A stretch of DNA of 64,000 nucleotides from Squalus acanthias (lineage: Eukaryota): positions 20,958,001-21,022,000 of the forward strand of contig CM059433.1 of assembly GCA_030390025.1 (NCBI GenBank). The letters are read 5' to 3'. The notes beneath the pieces were generated by a model. It was given only the letters and a program-made list of their open reading frames with translations. It ran no database searches and was not told the DNA's origin. The position numbers and the translations under genes are program-made. Shown here one piece after another: positions 1-13,743 of the stretch. How positions within the stretch are numbered: the stretch's first letter is position 1; the number at the start of each line of letters is the position of its first letter.

Positions 1-529
1 CCCAAATCAGCATTTTCTTTCTTTAAAATAAGCGCATCTCTGTAGATAAGAATTATTCTGACTCTGTGATAATATTACAGTGAATAATTTGAACAGCAAG
101 GCCATGCCTTGGTTGTATCTGACAGTGCTATCATCAAAAAATGCCACATTCATTTTCTTGCGGCTCAGCTTTACTATTACTTTATTCCATTTCTTGATGG
201 ATATTTTTAATTGTACTGCCAGCAACATGACTGAATGCTTTTAGCCGTACGCATCGGTTAAGCTTTACTTATCAGATAACTTCAACTTTTATTTAACGCA
301 CACAATATCTCCTTCTTGCCGCCAGCTCTTTCCTATCAGTTCATTTCTATAGTAAGTACAAGCTTCAAAGTGCACAATGGCTGCTTTGGAGAGGTCAATA
401 CCACACAGTGGAAGGGAAATGCAGATAAGTACCTCGTCATCTTGGCTATTCTCACACATTTCCTGGTGGAAGACCCTGAGACCAGGCCATGTGCATGTGT
501 TCGCCACCAGGGATATTGGTTATCTACAA

Positions 530-979
530 ATAAAAGAAAAAGACTTGCATGGGATATAGTGCCTTTCATGACCTCAGGACGTTCACAGCCATTTAAGTAC
601 TTTTGAAGTGTTGTAATGTAGAAAACGTGGGAGCCAATTTGCGCACAGCAAGGTTCCACAAACAGCAACATGATAATGACTGGATAATCCATTTTAGGCG
701 TTGACTGAGGGGTAAATATTGGCCAGGACACTGGGAGATGTCCCCTGCTCTTCTTCGAAATCGTGCCATGGGATCTTTTACGTCTACCTGAGAGGGCAGA
801 AGGGGTCCTCGTTTTAACATCTCATCTGAAAGAGGGCACCTCCGACAGTGCTCAGTGCTCCTCAGTACTGCACTGGAGAATCAACCTAGACTTTGTGCTC
901 AAGTGCTTGGAGTGGGGCTAGAACCCATAACCTATTGACGCCGAGGCGGGAGTGGTACCACTGAGCCACGGCTGACAGT
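530..979 (-). mobile_element. tRNA-derived DeuSINE (SacSINE1/AmnSINE1-like)
   Basis: Minus-strand head has A box TGGCTCAGTGG and B box GGTTCTAGCCC. The central body resembles the Deu domain (AAAAGATCCCATGGCAC..TTTCGAAGAAGAGCAGGGG). The 3' tail is L2-like. Confidence 0.8.
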
Positions 980-1041
980 TGCGTAAATAAAAATGAAAAT
1001 TATATTTTGATTTATCAGATTCTTGAGTTAAATGTGAACTA

Positions 1042-1668
1042 AAAAGAAAGAAAAACTTGGATTTACATTGCGCCTTTCACAACCTCAGGACGTCCCAAAG
1101 CGTTGTACAGCCAATGAAGTACTTTTGAAGTGTAGTCACTGTTGTAATGTAGGAAACGCAGGAACCAATTTGTGCACAGCAGGATCCCAAAAACAGCCAT
1201 GTCCAGATTATCTGTTTTTGTGATGTTGATTGAGGGATAAATATTGGCCAGGACATACTCCCCTGCTCTTCTTGGAAATAACGCCGTGAGATCTTTTACG
1301 TTAACCTTTATTCCATTTCTTGATGGATATTTTTAATTGTACTGCCAGCAACATGACTGAGTGTTTTTAGCCGTACGCATCGGTTAAGCTTTACTTATCA
1401 GACAACTTCAACTTTTATTTAACGCACACAATATCTCCTTCTTGGCGCCAGCTCTTCCTATCAATTCATTTCTATAGTAAGTACAAGCTTCAAAGTGCAC
1501 AATCGCTGCTTTGGAGAGGGCAGACGGGGCCTCAGTTTAATGTCCCTCAGTACTGCACTGGAGTGTCAGCCTAGATTTTTGTGTTCAAGTCCCTGAAAGT
1601 GGGACTTGTACCCACACCCTTCTGACTCAGGAAGGTGAGAGTGCTACCAGCTGAGCCACAGCTGACAC
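1042..1668 (-). mobile_element. DeuSINE copy interrupted by a ~206 bp templated insertion (1308-1513)
   Basis: Colinear with the copies at 530-979 and 51360-51990, with the insertion between ACCT and GAGAGGG. Confidence 0.8.
1306..1519 (+). repeat. Local duplicate of 180-394
   Basis: Direct repeat with about 7 differences over ~215 bp by eye. Confidence 0.95.
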
Positions 1669-1679
1669 TTCCTAGAACA

Positions 1680-1819
1680 CTCCTAGAACACTTCACCTGA
1701 CGAAGGAGCAGCGCTCCGAAAGCTTGTGATTTCAAATAAAGCTGTTGGACTATAACCTGGTGTTGTGCGACTTCTCACTTTTGTCCACCCCAGTCCAACA
1801 CCGGCATCTCCGCATCATG
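1680..1819 (+). mobile_element. Short Penelope-like element (pLTR-only copy), family A
   Basis: Flanked by the 13-bp TSD ACTTCCTAGAACA (1667-1679 / 1820-1832). Same sequence as 33802-33910, 52957-53079 and 63027-63154. Confidence 0.8.
1693..1729 (+). ncRNA. Minimal type I hammerhead ribozyme motif
   Basis: TCAC-CTGACGA-A-GGAGC(AGC)GCTCC-GAA-AGCT-T-GTGA: helix I, CUGANGA core, helix II, GAAA and a palindromic AGCU helix III. Confidence 0.75.
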
Positions 1820-2201
1820 ACTTCCTAGAACAGCTTTGTCTTTGATCTTGGCAGTTGGACTTAAATCTACAATGAAGTTACTGCCTTTGGTTTGATAGAA
1901 TTACAGTGAGATGATTGTGTAGAGAGTAATGGATACCTCTGAGAATTACAAGTTAGTATTCCAATCAAAGGGTTCACATGATGTAATTAACTGCATAAGT
2001 GGTTTGTAAGAACCCCTGAGATTAGATTAGTTACTTAAATTCACTGAGAGGTAGCTGTTATCAAACAATACATTTCTTTTAAAACTAGTGTGGTCTGTCA
2101 TGGTGGTTAGTTTGTTTGATGTCAGAGTTTTCCCAGTCCAGTTGAAGATGAATGTGGTGCCACGTGACATGGAGTGGTACAGTTTTATCCTGCAGGACCT
2201 G

Positions 2202-2385
2202 AACAACAACAACAACTTGTATTTATATAGCGCCTTTAACGTAGTAAAACGTCCCAAGGCGCTGCACAGGAGTATTTTAAGACAAAAAAAATTGACACCA
2301 ATCTACATAAGGATAAGTTAGGGCAGGTGACCAAAAGCTTGGTCAATGAGGTTGGTTTTAAGGAGCATCTTAAAGGAGGAAAGAG
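2202..2385 (-). mobile_element. L2 LINE 3' end
   Basis: (AAC)n tail followed by TTTATATAGCGCCTTTAACGTAGTAAAACGTCCCAAGGCGC, matching the L2 copy at 60700-61622. Confidence 0.8.
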
Positions 2386-2439
2386 CTATATTATTACAGG
2401 GTTTGGAGTATTACAAGGAGTTTTAAGGACAGTGAGGAA

Positions 2440-4138
2440 ATTCCCGGAAATAGTGGAGAACTAAGGGTCTAGTGAGAATGAGGAACTGAAAGAAATTATT
2501 ATTAGTAAAAAAATAGTACTGGAGAAATTAATGGAACTGAAAGCCAATAAATCCCCTGGACCTGATGGCCTACATCCTAGGGTTTTGAAAGAGGTGGCTA
2601 TAGAGATCGTGGATGCATTGGTTGTCATTTTCCAAAGTTCCATAGATTCTAGTATGGTTCCCGCGGATTGGAAGGTAGCAAATGTAACCCCACTATTTAA
2701 GAAAGGAGGGAGAGAGAAAATGGGGACTACAGCCCAGTTAGCCTGACATCAGTAGTAGGGAAAATGCTAGAATCTATTATTAAGGACGTGGTAACAGGGC
2801 ACTTAGAAAATAATAATAGGATTTGGCAGAGTCAACACAGATTTATGAAAGGGAAATCATGTTTGACGAATCTGTTACAGTTTTTTGAGGTTGTAACTAG
2901 CAGAATAGATAAGGGGGAACCAGTGGATGTGGTGTATTTGGATTTTCAGAAGGCATTCGATAAGGTGCCACACAAGAGGTTATTAAACAAAACTAGGGCT
3001 CATGGGATTGGGGGTAATATACTCACATGGATTGAGGATTGGTTAACGGACAGAAAACAAAGAGTAGGAATAAACGGGTCATTTTCAGGTTGGCAGACTG
3101 TAACTAGTGGGGTACCGCAAAGATCAGCGCTTGGGCCTCAGCTATTCACAATCTACATCAATGATTTGGATGAGGGGACCAAATGTAATATATCCAAGTT
3201 GTTGATGATACAAAGCTGGGTGGGAATGTAAGTTGTGAGGAGGATGCAAAGAGGCTTCAAGGGGATATAGACAAGCTAAGTGAGTGGGCAAGAACATGGC
3301 AAATGGAACATATTGTGGAGAAATGTGAAGTTATCCACTTTGGTAGGAAAAATAGAAAAGCAGAGTATTTTTTACATGGTGAGAGATTGGGAAATGTTGG
3401 TGTTCAGAGGGACCTGGGTGTCCTTGTACACGAATCACTGAAAGTTAACATGCAGGTACAGCAAGCAATTAGGAAAGCAAATGGTATGTTGGCCTTTATT
3501 ACAAGAGGATTTGAATATAAGAGTAAAGACTTCTTACTGCAATTATATAGGGCCTTGGTGAGACCACACCTGGAGTATTGTGTACAGTTTTGGTCTCCTT
3601 ACCGAAGGAAAGATATACTTGCCATAGAGCGAGTGCAACAAAGGTTCACCAGACTGATTCCTGGGATGAGGGGATTGTCCTATGAGGAGAGATTGAGTAG
3701 ACTAGGCCTATATTCTCTAGAGTTCAGAAGAATGAGAGGTGATCTCATTGAAACATTTAACATTCTTACAGGGCTTGACAGGGTAAATGCAGGGAGGATA
3801 TTTCTCCTGGCTGGGGTGTCTAGAACCAGGGGTCACAGTCTCAGAATAAGGGGTCGACCATTTAGGACTGAGATGAGGAGAAATTTCTTCACTCAGAGGG
3901 TGGTGAATCTTTGGAATTCTCTACCCCAGAGGGCTGTGGAGGCTCAGTCGTTGAGTATATTCAAGATAGAGATAGATAGAATTTTGGATATTAAGGGAAT
4001 CAAGGGATATGGGGATAGTGCAGGAAAGTGGAGTTGAGGTAGAAGATCAGTCATGATCATATTGAATGGCGGAGCAGGCTCGAGGAGCCAAATGGCCTAC
4101 TCCTACTCCTATTTCTTATGTTTCTTATGTTCTTATGT
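2440..4138 (+). mobile_element. 5'-truncated CR1 LINE (frameshifted RT)
   Basis: ORFs 2531-4037 contain [30 protein letters not shown] and RPHLEYCVQFWSP. The 3' tail is (TTCTTATG)n. Confidence 0.95.
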
Positions 4139-4869
4139 CAAGATGCTGTTTTGGGTGTCAGTGGTGAATGGGATTGGGGGTCAAGGTAAATAAACATGAG
4201 TGATCGCACCCAGCCCAAGCTGGTAAGCAAGGGCTGGAGGATTGTTTAAAATATTGTTCAAGATTGTGGAAAATATCTGTGATGCACCTGCTAACCGACT
4301 GAAAACATAACACAAAGGCACCTTGTCCTAGAATATAAGCATGATGGGATAATAACAGCATATTTAATCGTATACATGAGAGATAATGGGATGTGTAGCA
4401 CATTTTCAGAAATATCTTTTTATTCACAGGTATAAATTTCTAATCTGCATTGTTTTGATTAATGCAATCCAACAATAGTAAAATTAGTGATTGTATCACC
4501 ACATTAAGTATAATTTTCCTGTGCAGGGAATTAGGGTATAATTTTCTGTAGAGAGTCTAAAATGGTAATGCATTTTACTAATGGAAGCACAGAACTGAAA
4601 GTATATTGTCTTCCAGATTCGCGCTAGAATCTGACTGCTGTAAATGGTATGAAATAAGCAACTAGTTACATTAACTTTTTATGTCATCTTGTCAAGAGGA
4701 AAATGGAATATGATAATCTGTGAAATCATTCAAGGTAAACTTTTCACAGTGCTTTTTTTTACCTGGCACTACTATTTTTAAAATATCAATTTATGACAAT
4801 AAACCAGAGTGACCATTTGTTTTTGAGCTAAAACTAAAGACTTTGTGGATAAATAGACCATGTGGTGTG

Positions 4870-5235
4870 TTGCAGAGCCATAAAGGCTAGAATGTCCTAA
4901 GGTTGGTTCCCCAGTCTGTGAATTAGCAGAGAAGGGCAGTAGTTGGAGTGCTATAATTAGCCTCAGCAACACTGGGATGGCAGGAGTTAACACCATCCAG
5001 AATTCCCACACCTCATCACTATTTAGTGACCTCCGATGGAATATGCTTGGGTAGGGAATTTGGCCGAGGACAAGACCAGACTGTGCTGTGATGTCCTCCT
5101 TGGAGCAGATAGCCTCTTGATACTCACAGTGTTCATGCATGAAAAATGGTCACTTGAACGTGTCACAGGAACAGTACCTGTGCCCTTGGAACCACTCCCC
5201 AACAAGCATCAGAGTCTTGAGTGGGGGAGAAATTG
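4870..5235 (+). mobile_element. Degenerate ancient SINE (AmnSINE2-like)
   Basis: Motifs CTATAATTAGCCTCAGC, CACTATTTAGTGACC and CATGAAAAATGGTCACTTG are shared with degenerate copies at 19040-19260, 19990-20180, 30180-30340 and 59640-59900. The family name is from memory. Confidence 0.5.
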
Positions 5236-5585
5236 GGAAATGTTGATAATCTGGAACCAACCAGAAAATCAGAATGGATTCTGAGGAAGGTTTTCACCCA
5301 AACATTAACCTATCTTTTTTTCCTGTTCATTTCTAGCATTTCATGTTTTGTTTTGATGGATCTATTTTCAGTACCCGCTGCTTCTGTAGAAAGAACAGAG
5401 AACGCGAGTGACCAAGCAGCCATCATGGTAGTGACAAAGTGGAGAGAAAGCAGCGTAGTGGGATTAGTTTTGGACTGCTCTAGTAACGATTTTTGAGCTG
5501 AATGGCCTCCTTCTGTGCTGAAAATCTTTATGGTTCTACGGTAGAAGGGATTCCATCCCTGCAGGGATAATTTGCAGCAGTTAGT

Positions 5586-5772
5586 GGGGTAGATTTTTGT
5601 CTTCACCACCTGGGTGGTAATCTGCATAAGCGGATCGGCCGCCCTTTGGAGGACCCGTCCGATTTTCATTCCATTCATTTCAAAACGAATGACAATTGGT
5701 CGGGTTCTATAAAGGGTGTGCGATCTGCTCTGCCAGATTACTGCACGTGCAGTGAACGTGAAAATTTACCCC
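5586..5772. mobile_element. Short MITE, probable PIF/Harbinger type
   Basis: TIRs GGGGTAGATTTT / AAAATTTACCCC, with flanks AGT/AAT. Confidence 0.6.
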
Positions 5773-5849
5773 AATTTTTCCTCAGAATGGTCTTGGTATT
5801 ACAACTTATTTTCCAGATCATAAAGAACTCAGTCCCCAATAGTGAAACT

Positions 5850-5916
5850 GGAATAACAACAGAAAACGCTGAAAAAACTCAGCAGGCCAGGCAACATCCA
5901 TGGAGAGAGAAACAGG
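5850..5916 (-). mobile_element. Fragment of Penelope-like family B
   Basis: Near-identical to the palindrome arm at 51725-51787 (ACAACAGAAAACGCTG..CAGCAGGCCAGGCAACATCC). Confidence 0.75.
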
Positions 5917-6639
5917 CTTCTTCACAAACATCCCTGTTTAAAAAAAAAAACATTTTGAGGACACATAGCATACCCCTGCTCCACACCAACTCATATTCCA
6001 GGTGTGATTGTGCATCTGTGTGGAGCATTATCTGTTGAGATCAATCTGAATTAGAAAAATTTGTTTTCGTGCATCAGCACTGCATTCTGTGGTTTGGTTT
6101 GTTTCAGTTGGAGATAAAACTCAACTGGTTCTGGGTATAGGACAATTAAGGAAATTCAAGCAAATATGTGGGAATGCTCTGGAGAACACTGCATGAGCTG
6201 GCCTATCCTGGTAATAAGGATTTTCTGGTGTTTTCACAAGCTAATATTCAGTTACTACACAAACACACTCCTTGTGTGTTCATATTGAAGAACTTGGTCA
6301 GCATGAAGCCCTGCTAGGGAAGGGAGGGCTGGTGCACACTGATGAATCACCTGAGTGATGTTGGCATTTTATCATCCTGGATATATAAACATTAAGACGT
6401 ATAGATCCATGGTAAAGCTCTTACTACCCAACAATGTGCCTTGAAACCTCAGACAAGTTAGTTTCCCTCTCCCCCTGTCACAAAAGCTACCAAATGCACC
6501 AGTGTGATGTTTCCATTCCCTGCACCAGCTGTTCTTGGGATCTGCTTCTCATATCAACGTTGGTAGAAATTAAATCAGGTAGCTCATAATAACGGACTGA
6601 ATTGTAGCTCTATATAGATGAGATTGAAATTTTTGTGCT

Positions 6640-6820
6640 AATTATGCGGAGTTGTGGACAGTTTTGTGCTGTGGCCCCCACATGGGGACTGACCAAACAA
6701 ATTTCACTGAGACAGCTGCCAAGCAGAAGAAACTTCCATTCTATCAATTTGGATTAGATTCAAACTCGCGTGCCAGAGCTGAAAAACCTACCCGGTCTGA
6801 TAACTGTGCCACCCAGCCCA
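6640..6820 (-). mobile_element. Degenerate tRNA-derived SINE (LF-SINE-like)
   Basis: The reverse strand has an A-box-like TGGCACAGTT, a B-box-like GAGTTTGAATC and CACAGCACAAAAC. Heavily decayed. Confidence 0.35.
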
Positions 6821-7371
6821 AGAATGCAACGCATGAAAGAAGAAAAGCCACAAAGCACTCACCTTCCAGCAGACCGTGCATTGATCCACGGGCACCAATC
6901 TGAGTTCTACCACACTGTAGTGCAATGGCTTCTTAAAACAAACCAATGTCCCATTAAGCGCCACTTGTCTTAAAATTTGTCGGTGCTCCCAGCCCTCACA
7001 GTGAGTAAGCTCTTCTTGATATTTGTCTTGGATACTTCTGCTCATTATTCATTGCTCAGTTATACAGTCCCCACCATTTATATTGTCCATGCTTATCACG
7101 GGCCTATATTGGGCAAATAGCACTAACCATTTGCCAGTACCATAGGAGTCAATTACAAAGGCACTGTTTATAACATGTTAAGCATTTCTGGTTGTTTTGG
7201 GCAGTGTATGTGTCTGTTTAAAAGGGGTGTACTATAGTTTTTGTGTCAGTGAAATCACCAAACTGACAGTCTTTGCAAAATGCAATATGCTTTGAGAACA
7301 CCTTGTGTCTCACACTGCTTTGGCTTCACATTGGCTGTAGTATAACAAAACTGATGTGAAGAGAACATCTT

Positions 7372-8107
7372 GGCCCTGAAATTGCAGTCGGAGGCTTCCC
7401 GCGGGCGAATGCCTCCAAACCGCAAGAAAAGTATGCACCTACCTGGTGCCTCCGTATCTTCACACTCTTGCGGTCCTGGGCCTGCAGGCGTATGCCTGTG
7501 TAAAGGCCCACGTATCCCAGGGGCGCAGGTGGTTCGCAAGCATCCTTGGGATCGCATGGGTAGGCCCAACCAAACATAAAGGGGGATTCCCATTATGCTT
7601 ATGGGGATTCCATTTACGTACGGACTCCCCATAAGCATGAATAGGAATGACATAAAAAATACATTTTCACACAACCTAAATAAAAATAAAGCACCACATG
7701 TTTAAAATTAATTCAAATACAATTTAATTAAACATTTAAAACAAAAATGTAATTGTTTGAAAAATAAATGTAAACATTTTTAAAGGGGCCAAAAATAACC
7801 TAAACTAATTTTAAAGGTTTTAGAATGTTTAAATCATTACTTTTTAAACCCTTACGCTGGCAAAAGAAGGCCTTACGCCTGCTTTTACCAGGCATAAGAG
7901 TTTTGTGAGCATTCGCTGGGCAGTAGTTGGGCAAATAGCCCAACTCTCCGCCAGCGAATGTCTATTTCCTGTGCATGTGGACGATCTGTCCAGCTGAAAC
8001 TTGACAGATCGCAAGTTCCTGGTTTTCGCGCATGCGCATCGCACGCGGAAACCCGGAACCTGCGGGCACACAGTGTACGCGGTCATAGGTCCCGTAAAAT
8101 CCGGGCC
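7372..8107. mobile_element. MITE family M1, probable PIF/Harbinger type
   Basis: Imperfect TIRs GGCCCTGAAATTGC / GTAAAATCCGGGCC, with GC-rich ends and an AT-rich core. Inverted homolog at 16208-16980. Confidence 0.75.
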
Positions 8108-11100
8108 AATATATTTCATGATTAAATGTTATGGTCATGGTATACTCTCCAGAACAATCAGCTACATTTTTTAACTCAGCTCTGCTTGCCTGACCAGAGA
8201 TCGATTGGAAAATCGCAAGTAGAGCTCAGCATCACTAGCTCTGCAACATGCTGGTCAGTCGTTGCAGTCAAACAAAGATGCAGTGACTTTTTCCTCAGAA
8301 TAATTAGAGATTCTATTATTTAACACAATATAGGTCTCTTTCTGCCTCCATTGTAGCTCATAGAATGTTAAATTAATTACAATAATTTGAGTGTGATAAT
8401 ATGGACACTTTTCACCGCATCGTCCTTATGCTTTGAATTATTCAGCATACTGAAAGAGCCTTATTCTTGTGGAGATGCCACACTAAAGCTTATGTTCAAA
8501 AGCTGTGCTTTCAGTTTCATCTTTTCCATACATAACCTTATATTTTAAACAATTTAAGAAGACCACTGGTGGAAATTAGTAGAGATACAAAATTTCTTAT
8601 TCTCTGGAGTTTTGCTTTGATTAAAGATGGATTAATATAACATGAACTCACATGACATTAATGCCTCTTCACACTGTTAGCCTGTGCTTATGGTCTCTGT
8701 GCTGGTGTATCTGGTTTGCAACTGTAGTGCTGAGGTATAAATAAATTGTCTAAAGCTTTCAAAGAGCTTTTAATCTTTCCACAGGTTTAAGAAAGAAAGA
8801 TCAGATGATAGTGCCACTAATAAAGTACTTTCTACTACAGGGATTTTCAGCATTTTGCAGCGTTCCAAAATGGTAATACAGTTAAGGAAAATGATAAAAG
8901 AAAGGGGAATACAGACGTAATTAATCTTGATAAATGTGTAGGTTACAGGCCACATAATAAATCTTTATTACTGTATTTCTTTAGGTTTTGGCCTGACAGG
9001 GTGTCACAGCCAGATACAGGTAAATGGAAAACATAGTGAAAGAAAATAATTGGTTGTGAAGGTGATCTGCTTTCCCAGATATTGCAATCTCATTTATTAT
9101 ATACTAATGGCATAACAAAATGACATCTAGATTCAAAATTTGTAGACCCTATTTTCGGTTAAATGTTTTGTTAAATTTAGAATGATCAGTGCCTGTCTAC
9201 CATCCTATATATTTCCATGGCTGCACGCTGCCCTTCTTCATTGATATTCTTAGCATCACGTTCACCATTGATCTCAAGTGGAACTCTCTAACACTCCCTC
9301 TAAGAAGTTTGTTTTTCTCACTCCTTTTTGGCTCAACAACTCTTCTCTCTGTAAAGTCTAACTTGAGAAGTCCAAATCTATCCAAGACATGATGCCAGAA
9401 AAAGCTTCTTATGATGGGCTATTTTTATCTCACCTTTTAACATCTAACCTCTCTTTTTATCTTATTAATACTGCTACGGTTATTGCTGTTATGACCTTTC
9501 CTCTCTTGTTGCTCTTGAGCTCAGAGTATGTTGTCTGACATGCTTTTCCACCTTCCTGTAGTCTCACTTATTGAAATGAAGACTTATCACACTGTCTCCT
9601 ATCTGAATCCATCCTCCTTACTTTCCTCAGTCTTCTCTCACTCTTACTATTTACAAACTTTTAAAAACCCTAGCCTGGCTTCACCTAACCACTACTTCCT
9701 GATTTACCTCATCATCTCTCATAATCAGAAGAGAGCAGGCATATGCGTAGTCAGGTCAAGTGGAATAGGGAAGGGAGGAAGCACATCAGACGGAAATCCT
9801 GTTGATTCCCTTTTTCAATTCTTGCATTCCATATTTTTTTCTTTAATTCCCATCTCCCATATTTGGGATCAAAAACCCTGTATAATATGGGAATCTTGGA
9901 GAAGATATTTCTCAGTGATCAAATGCAAATCCTTTCTCAATAAAGTTGCAGCGATTATGGTGCACCCGATAATCCTTCAATATGGATTCCAACAGGCAAA
10001 TAACATGAAACATGCTGGCCATTGGAGTTTGTGTGGGGAATCGATCTCAGCAGTTAAGCAAACCCTGAGCGGAAGATAAAAAAAAACTTTCAATCATGGG
10101 GAAAATAATCGCCGAGTCCATTCTTGTTTTTCCCAGATGACCACACTTGCACTTTCTAGCATGGATCGCCAAATAGACATCAGCAGCAGGTAATTTCCTG
10201 CTGCTCAGTCCAGTGGTGAAGAAGCCGATTGTAGTGCACAGATTGACCACTGCTGCCCTGGCTGAGAACAGCTAACTCAGCACAGCCGTTGAACCTGAAA
10301 CCTTCAGCTTTGCATGACTCCATTGCATGCTTGTTATAATACATATAGGAACAGGAAACAGTAAAGGTGTAGGTAACATTTGAGAGTGCCCATTAGCAGG
10401 GGCAGAAAATGAGAGATTTGGGATGCTAAAAAGTATTGAACCAATGCGAAGCAGCTGTCCATGGGGAAAATCAGTTACTGAGCTACATCTCTGGGCCATT
10501 GGATTACTAGTTAGAGTGTCTTTGTTTAGATCACTGATGAGGTCAATTATGGAGCCTGATGAACAGATTTGATCAGACGAAGTTATAACGGACAGAATTT
10601 GTTAGATTGCTAGCCAAGAAGACCCATTTTTTTCCTTGGTCTTATTGGCTGTCCCTAGAAAAAGAACCAGATCAGTGGCAATGTTGTAGGCACAGCCTCT
10701 CGATAACATAATTTCAAGACATCATCGAGGATATGACCCCATTTTGTACACATTGCGACATTACACATTGATGACATGATACCATTGCACATGTGCAGTG
10801 GGCAACTTCTCAAGGCCACACCGCACTACATATCCTTTGGCTGCTGGTTTAGAGGGTGATGGTACAGCACAGCTTAAAAGTAAGTGTGGGAGACCAGCAC
10901 TGTTATGCTTCTTTCCTCAGATCTGACCTCGAATTTAAAAAGCTCGATAGATACATTGAACTACAGAAGTTTACAGCACAGGCGAAGGCCATTTGGTGGG
11001 AGTAGGCCGCCTTTGCGATGAAGTATATATGCAGCTGGAAGCTCAACTAGGGTTGAATGGGATGCTGAGACTGCCAAAAATTTGGTTCAGCCTGTGATAA

Positions 11101-11279
11101 AGGCCAAAGGAAGGGTTGGTATCATTGTCGAGGGTACAGAGTTTGTGGTGTGGGCTGAAGAGATAATAGCTTCAGAATTCATAATGTTTAACTGGAGGAA
11201 ATTGCAGCTCATCTACAACCTTATGCATATATTAGAAAAAGTATACTCCAAAATACTAAAATACACCAAATAATGTGCC

Positions 11280-11446
11280 AAACATCTAAATCTTCCCTGC
11301 CTATCGATATGTTTTTGCTAACTAAGGGTATCAAGGGATATGGGGTAATGGCGGGCAAATGGAGTTGAGGTACAGAAGCCATGATATAATAGAATGGCAG
11401 AACAAGTTCACAGGGTTGCTTGGCCTACTCCAGTTCCTATGTTCCG
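11280..11446 (+). mobile_element. CR1 3' end fragment
   Basis: AAGGGTATCAAGGGATATGG..TGGAGTTGAGG..GGCCTACTCCAGTTCCTATGTTCC. Confidence 0.75.
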
Positions 11447-12249
11447 ATGACGTACAGTATTCCCACTTGTAAAGTTGATACTACACCACTGATTGCATGC
11501 ACGGGGCAGGAGGGTGAAATTATGGAAGAGTACTTGGAGACTGTTTAGTTAAATCTTCCTTTATTATCATAAACCATGTACAATCTTTACAAGTTTATGC
11601 ACTATTGGTAGCCTTAGTGCACTCTTCTTGACCACACCTGGTTTTTGGCTCTTCAGGATAGCTGTGTGCAGCCTTTCGAAGATGCAGCAAATTAAAAATA
11701 CTTCCCCCTGCAAATCTATATTTTTGCAAGTAAACTAAAAAAAAAACTTAATTTGGCTGTGCCAACAACTGCTTGTTGACTGTTAGAATTAGCTGTTGTG
11801 GGAATCAGGATCAAGGGCATCATGGTTCTTGGCCATTCTGAAATTGCCTGGGGGTTTTAAACTCTATAGCAGTTAATTTTTTTTGTATGAGGCTATCAGA
11901 TCCCTTTTCTCTCAGCTCTTTTCCTCCCACACCATGGCCATGTACCATCTGCCTCCGTCTCTGCCAGTGGCGTTCTAAGCCAGCTAAAATGGCAATGTAA
12001 CAGCAGCCAGATGTCACTCTCCTCCTGATTGTTCCCTCCTCCCCTACAAGGATGTACCTGACCTCAGCTTGGTGCTGCTCCACAGCAACACAGTATCATA
12101 GGGAATCACACCTACAACACCCTGCCCTTTCACTTGATGTTGGCTTCTCAATATGCTGCAATAAAGTGGGGGGGGCGGTGGTGGGAGCAGTTTCCATTAG
12201 TTATTAGAATGTTTGTAAACTGGCCTTTTGAATGTTTCTTGTGAGAGGA

Positions 12250-13743
12250 AGAACTAGCCACACCTCTACTCAAGCTATTCCAGTACAGCTACAAAACTGG
12301 CATCTACCCGACAATGTGGAAAATTGCCCAGGTATATCGTGTCCACAAAAAGCAGGACAAATCCAATCCGGCCAGTTATCGCCCCATCAGTCTACTCTCA
12401 ATCATCAGCAAAGTGATGGAAGGTGTCGTCGACAGCAATATCAAGCGGCACTTACTCACCAATGACCTGCTCACCGATGCTCAGTTTGGGTTCTGCTCGG
12501 ATCACTTGGCTCCAGACCTCATTACAGCCTTGGTTCAAACATGGACAAAAGAGTTGAATTCCAGAGGTGATGTGAGAATGACTGCCTTGACATCAAGGCA
12601 GCATTTGACCGAGTCTGGCATCAAGGAGCCCCAGTAAAATTGAAGTCAATGGGAATCAAGGGGAAAACTCTCCAATGGCTGGAGTCATACCTAGCACAAT
12701 GGAAGATGGTTGTGATTGTTGGAGGCCAATCATCTCAGCCCCAGGGCATCGCTGCAGGAGTTCCTCAGGGCTGTGTCTTAGGCCCAACCATCTTCAGCTG
12801 CTTCATCAATGACCTTCCCTCCATCATAAGGTCAGAAGTGGGGATGTTCACTGATGAGTGCAGTGTTCAGTTCCATTCGCAACTCCTCAGATAATGAAGC
12901 AGTCCATGCCCGCACGCAGGAAGACCTGGATGACATTCAGGCTTGGGTTGATAAGTGGCAGGTAACATTCGCGCCACACAAGTGCCAGGCAATAACCATC
13001 TCCAACAAAAGAGAGTCTAACTACCGCCCCTTGACATTTAACACATTACCATCACCAAATCACCCACCAGCAACATCCTGGGGGTCACCATTGACCAGAA
13101 ACTTAATTGGACCAGCCACATAAATACTGTGGCTACAAGAGCTGGTCAGAGGCTAGGTATTCTGCGGCGAGTGTCTCACCTCCTGACTCTCCAAAGACTT
13201 TCCACCATCAAGGCAAAAGTCAGGAGTGTGATGGAATACTCTCCATTTGCCTGGATGAGTGCAGCTCCAACAACACTCAAGAAGCTCAACACCATCCAGG
13301 ACAAAGCAGACCGCTTGATTTTCACCCCATCCACCACCTTAAATATTCACTCCCCCCACCACCAAGGCACCATGGCTGCAGTGTGTATCAGCTACAAGAT
13401 GCACTGCAGCAACTCGCCAAGGCTTCTTTGGCAGCACCTCCCAAACCCACGACCTCTTCCACCTAGAAGGACAAGGGCAGCAGGCGCGTGGGAACACCAT
13501 CACCTCCAGGTTCCCCTCCAAGTCACACACCATCCTGACTTGGAAGTATATCACCGTTCCTTCATCGTCACTGAGTCAAAATCCTGGAACTCCCTCCCTA
13601 ACAGCACTATGGGAGTACATTCACTGCACAGACTGCAGCGGTTCAAGAAGGCAGCTCACCAACACCTTCTCGAGGGCAATTAGTGATGGGCAACAAATGC
13701 TGGCCTTGTCAGCGATGCCCACATCCCAGGAATGAATAAAAAA
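12250..13743 (+). mobile_element. 5'-truncated non-LTR LINE, family B (CR1/L2 group)
   Basis: RT motifs YRPISLLSIISKVME, GVPQGCVLGP and GMFTDEC (degenerate FADD). The 3' UTR is GGGCAATTAG..GCCCACATCCC..GAATGAATAAAAA. Confidence 0.9.

Noticed and set aside
433..523. Candidate 91-bp minus-strand exon with AG acceptor and GT donor
   Set aside because: The polypyrimidine tract comes from the SINE tail, and no frame gives a recognisable protein.
9528..10079. 183-aa ORF
   Set aside because: No recognisable domain, non-coding-like composition and no supporting splice structure.
11900..12090. Possible decayed Myb/SANT Harbinger fragment on the minus strand
   Set aside because: The resemblance is too weak, and no TIRs were found.
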